Of a stretch of DNA of 64,000 nt, positions 53,591-64,000 are shown piece by piece; position 1 is the first letter of the stretch; each line of letters opens with the position of its first letter. The notes below the pieces were generated by a model, which made no database searches, had not been told where the DNA came from, and was given only the letters and a program-made list of their open reading frames with translations. Position numbers and translations under genes: made by a program. This DNA comes from Gnetum montanum (Eukaryota > Plantae > Gnetophyta). The DNA lies in NCBI GenBank assembly GCA_015680685.1, contig MNCI01002615.1:104524-168523 (forward strand), given 5' to 3'.

Positions 53591-56500
53591 TCACTTTGGT
53601 TTTCTTCACTTAAACAAGTTTTTTACATATGGACAATGGCATAATAATAGAGGTAGCTCCAAAATCAACCAAACAGCTGTGAAGATATTTGTCTTTTAAC
53701 TTCATTGTCAAAAGAAAATGAGGAGCTTCCTTGTCAAGAGTACAATCATAACTAGCTTTTGTTATCTTATCAACATTAGATACATAGCTTAACTCTAACT
53801 CTGCAACTTTCTTTTTACCTTTAATAAACTCTAAACCATTTCTTTGCTAATCCCCCATCTGTAACAATTGATATATACTAATATTGGCCTTAACATGTTT
53901 AATATCTTCAATCAAACTCTATACTTCATATCCATAAAAGCCTAGTTCCTTAATTCATTTGTTAAAAGACTGATTTTGAGTACATTTCTCTACTTGATCT
54001 TCTTTACTTTTATTCTTTTCTCTTCTACTTGGTTCAAAAACCTTTCTCTTTGTGGATGGATTAGAAATGGTGTTTGAAGACCTAGAAGTAGTTAATGTTT
54101 CTTCTGATTGTAGATTATACCCATTTTCTTCATTGTTATTATAGTCTTCATCTAACATTATATCCTCTTCAAAACTTGATGGGGAAGAGATATCACTAGA
54201 TCCATTAATAGAATATTTTCTTGCATAATGAACACTAGATATCTCATTATTAAATTCAATATCAAGGAAGTTAGAGGTAAGTTTTCTATCCTCAGATTCA
54301 ATATCAGATCACTTTCATCATCATCTTATACTAATTTAGTATCTTGATGTTTATGTTTTCTATTTTTCTTTTCCTCCTTTATTTTAACTTTCTCCAAAGC
54401 TTTTTCTAGTTTTACTATGTTGCTGGATAAATCTTTCATTAACTATCCCTTATCAAATTCTTTGTTTTCTAACTCTTGCTCTATCTTAATACAAGATGGC
54501 CCTAGTAATGCCTTAAGTTGAGAAAAATCTTGCATAAGAATCATCATTTTCTCTTCTCTTTTTTGAGTTGCAAAAATTTTTTCATAATTCAAGTTCAATT
54601 GTTTTTCTAACTATATAGCTTCACTAAAATAGTCATTTAGTGTTATCAATTTTAGAGTTCTCCTTAACCAAATTGAAATATTGGGATTCACAGCCTTAAG
54701 ATAAGTATCTCTAAGCATTTCATCTGATGGTCTATACTATCTTTGAAAGAGCCCACAAATGTGTTGAAATTTAATGTTGAAATCTCTAATTGACTCTTTA
54801 ACTCCTTACTTAGCTTGTACTAGTCCATAGTATAATTGTTGTTGATCCAATTGATTACTAAACTGGCCCAAGGTTATACTTTTAATGTCATCCCAACTTG
54901 TGATATTGTTGCTTGGCAAGTTTGAATATCAAATCTAAGCCATATCCTTTAAATTTGCTACAAACAATCTACAAGTTTGATCTTAATGTTGAAAATTTGC
55001 ATAAGATAAAGCTAACTCAAATAGGTAAATATATTCTTCAACCAAGTAAGCTTTTTTGAGAATAAAAGGTTTAGGAAAATATTTGTAAACTACCTTAGGA
55101 ATATCATTGTAGTTTTGAAACCTGAATGATGTAACTCTTTGGTAAGGATTTTCCATCTTGTTAGAACTCCTTTTGATCATTGAACCATTATATTTCTTTG
55201 ACTTTCTCTTATAGACTAATAAGCCTGACAAAAGGGGTGATCTTCTTATCCTTCTGGTTTTTACTCCACTACTTGTCCCAAACTCAAAAACCTTTTTATG
55301 TTATTCTTCTGATAAATAATCAATCTTATAATCAAAAAATTCTAAATCTTTCAAAGTACCAATCTATTCAATAATTAACTTAAAATAGTATCTAATTTTC
55401 AAGCTCTCCTAGCAACAAAAGAATTGTTAGTGCACTAGGACTATCAAACTATTTTGAATGTAATGTACTTAGGTAACAAAGTTTCTTACCCTCCTTCTAG
55501 CACTGAAAGAACTATTGGCAACTATTTGGGACTACCAACGTTGGGGGACTTTGGTCTCATGATTGGGGTCATGGAAAATGAAGGTGTTCTTCAAATAGGG
55601 TTTAGGTGCTTACTAGTATCTATCAACACCAAGCCCCATATATCTCTAAATAGACTCAGTGGTTATGAAACAAACTAAATTTGAATATGTGTTTGTTGTT
55701 GTAAATGTTGAAATGGTTTGATTGTGTATAAAACTATAACTAGCTATCATAAAAGAAATTCAACCAGCTTTATCAAATACTGTGAGTTGTTGAAGGTTCC
55801 AATTTTGTCAAGTCACTTAGTCCATATAGTCCCTATAGTACATTACCTATAACAAATAAAATTTCACAAAAGCATTTGAGCATAATTCTTCCAATCTACT
55901 CTTAATTTTCCCCAAAGAGAAAATTTCAAAAGAAAACTAGAAATAGAATTAAATTTAATGGATTTTAGAAAGAGAAAAGAAAAGAAAGCAAATTTGTGTG
56001 GGATCTCAAACATTTAAGCAAGATAAATTGACATGAGGAAACACTTCACAATAAAGCTACTCCAATTCAATCTATTATGAATTGTCTAAACCCTTTGAGC
56101 TCAACATGTAATTTCATAATAGACACATTTATTTAACTACGAAAACGCTTTATAAATGACAAAGTACAAGCTTCTATTGAACTAGTCAATATTGGTCAAG
56201 AATTGCAAATGATAGAACTTCTAATAAAATTTGACAATTTCAAGATTGCAATATTAAGGCAATAAACTTTAAAAATAAAGAAGCTATTTCAATCATTTCA
56301 AAGTATAAAAGATTTTCTAGATTCCCTAAACTCAAATAGGTAATTTCTATAAGACATTATTATTAAATTGCTCAAAATGCATTTCTAATACAACATAAGC
56401 TCTTATTTGGAAAACCTTAATAGAAGTCTAATATTACGCAAAAATAGAGCTATAAGGGCAACCTAGAAAAATATCAAAATTAAATGCCAAGCATGATACT

Positions 56501-57854
56501 ATTTAAAAGATTAGCTAAGTAACTAAAACAAAATGGGAAGAAATCAACTCACATGATTAAAACAAAGTAGCTGAATTAATGTCTTTAGTAAGACATGCTT
56601 AACAAAGTATCTTTTTTCAATCCTCCTCCTTTCTCAATTCTATCTTTAAAGGCCCTTTTATAGTAACCTTAGGGTAGTTACAATAATCATGAGAAGTTAA
56701 GGGTATTACAAATATCCAAGGAATTAATTCATAACCACTCTAAGATGTTATAGCTTTCATGAAAAATTTAAGCTATATTTAGCAAATGTCTTCTTGAGAT
56801 TAAAATTAGCTAAAAATATCATGCAACTATCACAGGACAACTTCCATAGGAATAAAAGGAATAATAGCTAAATGTCTTCTTCATACAGGATGTTATACAA
56901 ATATCCCATAAATCTCTTTTCTCCGTGAATAAAAATACCCCCTTTTTAAAGTGAATAAAGGAAAAGATGTTAAAGTGAAATCACAGGTTTTAATAAATTA
57001 TAGCAAAATTAACAATACTGGAGCCACACGAATGATAAAACAAATACCAACAATTGGGTAGGCATATTTCGCGACTTAATTCAACAATCCAAACTGCTGA
57101 TGTATTTTTAGCTAATCTGTGAACGATCGATTATCATTACAGATGTAGCGATATCTTCTCAAAATCTAGAGCTTAACGTCACAGCTAAGCAGCAGACGCA
57201 TAAAAAAAAAACAAAACAAATACTTGCATCGCCATGGGTGATGCCACGGCAAAATCCAACAGTAGGTTTTGTTACAGTCTCTACTTCAGACCAAACTGCA
57301 AGCAGTTCTGGCCAACTGCCTGGTATGCTAGTGGCGTCTCCTTTTTAGCATCTTCAAAGGTGAGAACCTATAAATTTTCTACGGGAATTCAAATGTTACC
57401 CTAACAAAACTCCTGAGGGTTTTGTTGGAATTCCCACAAACTGCAGAACCTCCTCCAGAACTGTAATGGTGATAATTTCGGTACCATGGGGGAATTGGAC
57501 CATGTGCATCGTAGTAGAACTGCATCTTACTAGGAGCCATATTCATTTTTCTGATCCTGCTGCCCCTGTAATCATGCCTTACAGGAATCATTGAGAGCTT
57601 TTACCAGAATGATGGTGTCTCTTATAGCGATTGCCACTTCTCTATGCCATTTAACGCTAAGGTCGTTGTGGCTATTACCACCACCGACGACGATGAACGC
57701 CTGGAGACGTGTGTGCTGCCTGTCTCACGTTGGCTTCTAGATATGCCGCTTGTGTTCCTACTGCTTGCTTGCTACCATGCAAACCGAATTTTCGATCTGC
57801 CCATCTTCAGGTACCTTCTTTCAAACCCTGCATTGATGAAATCATCGGTCTCTA

Positions 57855-58095
57855 CGTTTTGGTTTACATCTGATGGAAATCGTTGTGTGTGTAGTGATGG
57901 GATTGATCGACTTACATCGAAAATGTGGTAACATGGAAGATGCATGGCAGGTGTTTAATCAAATGTTTGCACTGTAACGTACAACACCATGCTTGCCGCC
58001 TATGCTAAAGTGACTCGATTCAACGACACCTTTGGCTTAATCAGAATAATGAAATTACAGGAACTTAGTGTAAATGCTACCAGTTTTGTGAATTT
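57855..58095 (+). pseudogene. PLS-type pentatricopeptide repeat gene fragment
   Basis: GLIDLHRKCGNMEDAWQVFNQM / VTYNTMLAAYAK..DTFGLIRIMKLQELSVNATSFVNL, with a frameshift. Confidence 0.8.
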
Positions 58096-58189
58096 GATCC
58101 AGGTCTGTCGTTGCTATGAAGAAGATTCAGCAGCCATCATCATGTCTGCAACTCCTCTTGTGTGGTTCTACAGGAATGTACTTTTTATC

Positions 58190-58345
58190 CAGGTTTTTTA
58201 GAATCCTAGTGCAGGCAACACACCCTTGGAATTCATCTTTAGAGAAATTAACCCCCACAAAGTTAGGAAACTTAGTTAATGACTCGGGAATTAGGCCCGC
58301 GAAATTGCTGTGAGAAGTATCAATGTACTAAATCTCTGTAAGCTT
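58190..58345 (-). pseudogene. plant extracellular LRR fragment (LRR-RLK/RLP type)
   Basis: Manual minus-strand translation I*YIDTSHSNFAGLIPESLTKFPNFVGVNFSKDEFQGCV fits LxxLDLSxNxFxGxIPxxLxxLxxLxxLNFSxNxFxG. Confidence 0.65.
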
Positions 58346-58424
58346 TTGATTTACGTTAGATCTTAAACAATTGTATTATTGTTATGGATCGTTTATTTTG
58401 CTGCTATTTCTTTAGTTCCATTCT

Positions 58425-58570
58425 GAGAACGGAAGAATGAACGAGGCACAGAAGCTACTTCAGAGGACGCAGAATCGTTCTATCATAGGTTGTAACGTTA
58501 TGATTGCCGGCTACGTTCAGAATAGGCTATTAGATAAGGCAAGAAAATTGTTTGAAAGCCTTCCCATCCC
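58425..58570 (+). pseudogene. second PPR gene fragment
   Basis: NGRMNEAQKLLQRTQNRSIIGCNVMIAGYVQNRLLDKARKLFESLP. Confidence 0.8.
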
Positions 58571-59570
58571 AATGATATTTCGTGGCGTCTGTGATAACGG
58601 CTCCTCATCTCTGATTCAGAGTTTGCTTTTGTCTTTTTGGGTGATTTTTTATGGTTATCCCTGTACCTCATCCTATCTATACCTTGCCATATATCAAGCC
58701 TGTTCTGCCTCTTCCCTGCTGCACGTAATTTATGGCCTCTCGGTAAAAATTGTAAAACACAGTGTAACAGCTACTGATGATAGCTCTTTGCTGCACATCG
58801 TTCTAACAAGAATGATTACATTTCATCTTGGAGAGGGTGACTGATGAGCCGCGATATCGTGTACGCGATATCACATCCACTACGTGATATAAATAAGAGG
58901 CAGCGCCCTTGGTCCCAAAGTAGTTAGACTTAGACCCTTGGCCAGATTCTTGCAGTTTAGTCATTCAGAGTTAGAATTATTTGTGTGTGCCCATAGTAGG
59001 AGTCATAAGAGTGAACGGATCTTTATTCAAACAATTTGTACCTAAACACAATTTTGTGTACGGCAACAAAGACAAACTTTATGATAAACCTTGCAGCATA
59101 CAAAATTAAGCTAATTAGTAATTAATTATTGTGTAATGCTTTTCTAGCTAATTAATATCTCTCTCAACCTTCAACCCCCTTAGTTAAATACACTCAGTAC
59201 GACTACTTCGAGCATGCGTGTAGCACTTGGTAACCCAGTAACGATTAGCATTTGATAATCCCAACAGTGTTGCACTGGTTCAGGATGTGTATGGCAAGTA
59301 GAAACGAATACTGGTGTTAGGAACATTTAGCAACTAGTTAATGAATAGTTAATGTAAGTTAGCCACTTAGTTCTCTCTCCCTCTCCTTTATTAGCGGAAA
59401 ACATAAAAAAAGATAAAAGCTATTGTTGATGCATAAATTTTGGTCATGCCAACACCGGAAAAACTCGTTTGAGGAGACTATAGCCTAGGGCACCTCCTGT
59501 ATGGGTACGGAAACCTAGGAATAGTCTCAGCTGAAAAGAGCCATGTGACCAAGTGATAGAAAGATAGAGA

Positions 59571-59742
59571 NNNNNNNNNNNNNNNNNNNNNNNNNNNNNN
59601 NNNNNNNNNNNNNNNNNNNNNNNNNNNNNNNNNNNNNNNNNNNNNNNNNNNNNNNNNNNNNNNNNNNNNNNNNNNNNNNNNNNNNNNNNNNNNNNNNNNN
59701 NNNNNNNNNNNNNNNNNNNNNNNNNNNNNNNNNNNNNNNNNN
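59571..59742. other. assembly gap (172 N)
   Basis: N run adjoining a tandem array. Confidence 1.
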
Positions 59743-60262
59743 AATCATGTGTAGTTGCGATCAAACATCACCAATGCCCTGCGGACTGCCAACTGCATAA
59801 ACATCATGCACAAATCCACCGTCCACCACATGCCATTTACTGAAATAAAGAGAGAAGATCCACCGACAAGATGCATGGTTGTGTTGCCGCAAAAATCATG
59901 TGTAGTTGCGATCAAACATCACCAATGCCCTACGGACCACCAACTGCATAAATATCATGCACAAATCCATCGTCCACCACATGCCATTTGCTAAAATAAA
60001 AGAAGATAGAAAGAAGATCCACCGACAGGATGCATGGTTGTGTTGCCACAAAAATCATATGTAGTTGCGATCAAACATCACCAATGCCCTACGGACCACC
60101 AACTGCATAAATATCATGCACAAATCCATCGTCCACCACATGCCATTTGCTAAAATAAAAGAAGATAGAAAGAAGATCCACCGACAGGATGCATGGTTGT
60201 GTTGCCACAAGAATCATGTGTAGTTGCTATCAAACATCACTAATGCCCTACGAACCACCAAC
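59743..60262. repeat. ~159-bp tandem repeat, at least 3.3 copies
   Basis: The unit start AATCAT.TGTAGTTGC.ATCAAACATCAC occurs at 59743, 59894, 60053 and 60212. Confidence 0.9.
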
Positions 60263-60858
60263 CGTTATTGCCGCACACACTACCAACCACCCAGAGAAAG
60301 AGGAGGTTCAGTCCATGGCTTCATGGCCTTGGCCTCACTAGCCTAGGGCTTCCTGGCCTGACTTCTCCTCCTCTCCTCCCTCCAACTCCATCACCTTGAT
60401 GGCTTTTTATAGCCAATTTTAGGGTTAGGGTAACCCATCTTTTTTTTCTAATTTTTTATTTTTTTTATTCTTCTTTCTTTTTTTATTTTTTAAATAAATA
60501 AAGGCCCCATGCCAAGCATGGGCATGTTGGTACCAACAGCTATAAAAATAATATACCTCAAGCTTACTTAACCATACAACCGTGACAATACAAGTGAGTT
60601 TGGGAAGACAATGATTGATTAACCCTGAGTGTTCCATTAAGGAATATAAGCACTTAGTCCTTAGAGTTCGACCGGATCGTGCGTGAAATGCTTGTATTCA
60701 TATGATTGAGTGTAGGGGTACCTCACCACTCATCATTAGCGTCGTTGCTGAGGACTTAGTTGTTTGTGTGCTGAGTAGAACATAGAAAATCACTCATATC
60801 GTTGGAATGTTAGAACAAACCCTTAGGGTTAATCAAAAAAAGACAAGACAATGGTACA

Positions 60859-62613
60859 TTGCACACCGAAAAAGACAAGATGTCTTCTTTTTCACATAAG
60901 AGCACTTCACCACCTAGGACTAACACAAGAGGCAGTCGGCAGCATAATATATGTAACCAAGATCCGCCAATGCCTCAACAGTTTCGTGTCGTATATACTC
61001 ATTCCGATGAGTATGTACCTGATTTCATCTTTATTCTCCACCAAGATGAACAACTGCATTGGAGAGAGTTGGAGGGTAACATAGTGTTGCCTCCAGACCA
61101 AACAGTCCCCAACATGCTCCTTCATGCTCTCACACAAATAGGCATGCCACTTTTATATGCAGAATATGTTGCATGCAATCATGACACAAGGGACTATCAT
61201 CTCACATAAGTGCAACGTCAAAGGGACTTGCGACAGGAGAGATACCATACATCCTTGAAGGGTAAATGGCCCCATGACGCTCTGCACGTGTTGAGTGAAA
61301 TTAAGGATGGTGAACCTACTTCAACAAGTTCTCCACAAAACGATGTTCCTCCTCCTAAAAATGGTCAGGAGGTGGTGTATCAGAACCCCTACTCCACTAT
61401 TCACAACCCTGGTTCTGATACCCACAAACACAAAGTGTTCAACGAGGGAACACAAGCACACGATAAGGGCAGACGTGCTATTCGTGATCATGATCAAGGC
61501 CAAGACCACTGAAGAGAAGGTAGAAAACACTGTCATGGTGATGGTTCTCCTTCTTCTTCACCTTCATCATCACCTTCACCCTCTCCTTCAGTGTCCAGAC
61601 ATAGTCATAGGAAAACCAATCATGAGGATAAGGGAAAACAAAGTGAAAAACATCGATGAGACAGTTCAGAATGAGGACGAGGGCACTCTAAGGAATCAAG
61701 GCATAGAAGAAGATAGAGTAGAGAACCACGTAGACACCATAGACGCTATGAACGAGACGATCACGAAAATCCCCTACTTGCAACTAGAAGCATGCTAGAT
61801 ATAACAGAGGTTATAAGAGTTCCAACAAGGCACCAAAAGGATAGTAGGATCAAGAGGTTAGACATGAACAACATCCCACGGTTTGAAGGGGGATACAACG
61901 CTAATCCTCAAAATAATTTACAAGCATTCCACGATGCATGTGCCTTGCAAAATATAGAAAACGAATGGCAAAAACTGAAGTTGTTCTCAAGGACACTAGT
62001 AAAAGAAGCTAAAAGCTGGTACCGATTCTTAGAATTGGAATCCATCCGGAGGTGGAGTACAATGTTAGAACTGTTCAATGATAAGTACCAAATGTATTCT
62101 CGAGTGTCTAACCTGCGGAAGCAAATCTAAGGATGGAAGCAAGAAAATCATGAACCCTTGGATGTTGCCATGGACCACTATTATGTACTATTGCATCATT
62201 GCCCTGGCCATGATTATTCACAATAGGATCAACTACGTCATCTCGTGCATGGACTTAGGCATGAAACAAGAAGAACCCTTGGGACATATTTCCAAGGAAG
62301 GTTATTGGAGCTTAGGTCTCATCAAATTCATAGATTGCTAGAGCAAGTAGCCAAAGAAGAAGGTGAGCTACAAAAGAGAGAAAGTGTGGAAGAATACAAC
62401 CAAGATCCTTCCCTCCAGAAAAGAAGAGTGAGATTTTGTGAGGAGGAAGAAGAATCACCACTCGAAGAGATGGTGAATAGGAAAACTTTGCCTCTCCAAA
62501 AGTTAACAACAGAAGTATCAGTAAAGGTAGACCAAATGTGGAACTCCCTAGATAGTAGGCTTGAAACTATTCTCAAAATTGTAGAGGAGCCTAGGGAGCG
62601 AGGTAGTGACCGT
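60859..62613 (+). pseudogene. gag of the Athila-like element, few stops
   Basis: Consecutive ORFs 60859, 61210, 61792 and 62245. LKLFSRTLVKEAKSWYRFLELESIRRWSTMLELFNDKY is the retrotransposon gag core. Confidence 0.85.
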
Positions 62614-64000
62614 TGTACCGCCTGAAATCGTCGATCCCCGGCTAGAAGGAAAAAAAACAGAGACCGCAGGATCGCAGGACGAGCACAGATGACCCTACCT
62701 TCACCTGAGGGCGAGCTAGAATGCACGAAGATAGGGTACCTTGGGTGGTCCGCACGCGGATCAAACAAGGATTTCCCCAAGCGCCACCGAAGTGTTATAC
62801 GCTGGGTTAAGCGTAAACTGTGTAACGGGCGTAAAACGGGCGAACAGTGAAAACAGGGCGTAAACAAAGTGTGGACAGCATAACAGCATAAACGAGGCGT
62901 ATACAGCATAAACAGTGTGAACAGGGCGTAGAAAGCGTAAAGCGTAAACAGGGCGTGTACAGCGTAAACAGTGTAAACAGGGTGTAGACAGCGTAAACAG
63001 GGTTTAAACAGGGCGTAAAGCATAAACAGCGCAAACAGAGCGTAGACAGCGTAAAGCGTAAACAGGGCTTAGACAGCGTAAAGTGTAAGTGCAGCGTAAA
63101 CAGCGTAAACAAGTTTAAACAGCGTAGACAAATGTAAACAGCGTAAACAATGTGAGCGTAAACAGAAAGTAAACTGTAACAATGACGCTGTAAGAACACA
63201 GTTTTCGAGGTACCGATCTTAACGCAGTTGTGCATGTACACAAGGCGGACGTAAAGCCCCGGTGGGTGCAGGGAGGCGGCTGGTTCGCACGGTAGGTAGA
63301 GCGTAGAGACTGTGCTCAGCGTATAGGACTTCCAGGGTGTGAGGGTTTCAAGCTCTGGTTTTACAGCGTAATTGCTTTGGGTCTGCTCTAGTAAATTTTT
63401 GCCGACCCTTGAAAACGCGGACAACTGGGCTTTTTATAGGGGAAGGGTTACCGGTAAAATTGGGTTGGGAGACACGTGGCGTGTCAACCGGGCGTGTACA
63501 TTTTAGAAATATGGTATACGCTGGGTGTATACGCTACATCAGGCCAGCCTATACGCTGGACTTGCTGGGCCTGTGAACTTGGATGTACGCTGATGGATGC
63601 TGGCGTCGACTTACTTCAATTCTTGCTCCTGTTGCACCTGCTGTGTACATGAGGCGTGTATGCTGGGCGTCGGGCGTATACGCCGGGCGTAGACGTTGGC
63701 GCAACACTTGATAAAAACCAAGTGTTTCGATCCTCAAAATTGCCATGTGTGACTCCAAATGTAGGCAAGGTTGTCTGAGGGTCACGAGGACCTACTTCTT
63801 GCTGGACAAGTGCCAAACTCGAAATTTTTGTGGTGTTTCATTGGCCCCTCTTTGTTGACGCTTGGAGGAATCGACCCGAGAAGCGTCGACAAAGAAGCGC
63901 AAAACACCACAAGCAATTTGATAAAAGCTTTGTCCCTTGCCACTTGACTAGACATCATCGTACCGTGTTTAGTAGTGTATGGGATTGAACAAGGTGAGAT
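62614..64000 (-). mobile_element. young Tat-like element, 3' LTR 62614-63840 plus PPT; continues beyond the window
   Basis: The reverse complement at 63830-63856 reads AACAAAGAGGGGCCAA|TGAAACACCAC, nearly the same PPT/LTR junction as 43898-43924. Minus-strand TATA ~63432. CpG-rich. Confidence 0.8.
62810..63180. repeat. degenerate short-period CAGCGTAAA/GGCGTAAAC array within the LTR
   Basis: Dozens of (A/G)GCGTAAAC variants. Confidence 0.85.

Larger units (their letters stand above)
53590..58841 (-). mobile_element. truncated gypsy element of the same family as solo LTR 31823-35271 (5' LTR from 55513 rightwards, PBS, gag-protease)
   Basis: On the minus strand, the LTR end GCCAATA at 55513 is followed by ..GTGCTAGAAGGAGGG (55489-55503). 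gag CRLFVANLKDMA..NLPSNNITSWDD and protease CLVDFGATSIIMPLSIC near 53630-53680. The right boundary was not seen. Confidence 0.7.
59424..60538 (-). mobile_element. solo LTR nested in the Athila-like LTR
   Basis: TGTTGATGC...GTACCAACA with perfect TSD GCTAT (59419-59423 / 60539-60543). Minus-strand TATA ~60405. Confidence 0.85.
58842..62613 (+). mobile_element. Athila-like gypsy element (5' LTR 58842-60735, PBS, gag), interrupted at 62614
   Basis: TGATGAG...CACTCATCA followed by TTAGCGTCGTTGCTGAGGAC (60736-60755), a decayed TGGCGCCGTTGCCGGGGA Asp-type PBS. gag follows. Confidence 0.8.

Noticed and set aside
58437-58844. 135-aa ORF as an intact PPR gene
   Set aside because: Only about 45 aa are clearly PPR. 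It sits in a mosaic and ends at the Athila-like LTR boundary.
59440-59460. TGGTCATGCCAACACCGG as a PBS
   Set aside because: It lies inside the TSD-bounded solo LTR 59424-60538. The real PBS is at 60736-60755.
59444-59764. ORFs spanning the N run
   Set aside because: These are artefacts of the assembly gap.
62328-63424. ORFs of 231 and 205 aa
   Set aside because: These are by-products of the low-complexity GCGTAAAC array and antisense gag. One crosses an insertion junction.

Overview
AT-rich, strongly CpG/CHG-depleted plant heterochromatin, probably from a large-genome seed plant such as a gymnosperm (inferred, not proven). No intact host gene, RNA gene or CRISPR array is visible. Nearly the whole window is nested, mostly decayed retrotransposons, and many boundaries can be fixed from TG..CA ends, PBS/PPT and target-site duplications (TSDs). 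There are two Athila-like Ty3/gypsy elements (1-8162; 58842 onward), two SIRE-like Ty1/copia elements lacking pol (13504-19624; 47887-~53310), a 23-kb Tat-like element lacking RT but carrying an antisense, apparently intron-containing gene (21867-45181), chromovirus-type gypsy remnants, a LINE 3' fragment, solo LTRs and a young CpG-rich LTR (62614-63840). The most striking signal is an LTR family present twice (solo LTR 31823-35271; minus-strand copy from 55513). Both copies share the promoter/U5 half, but their upstream (U3) regions hold different mosaics of captured host-gene fragments: an intronless M1 aminopeptidase segment and a kinase motif in one, PPR and LRR receptor-type pieces in the other. 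This looks like a 'Pack-LTR' gene-shuffling system. All alignments were made by eye, and internal domain coordinates are approximate.
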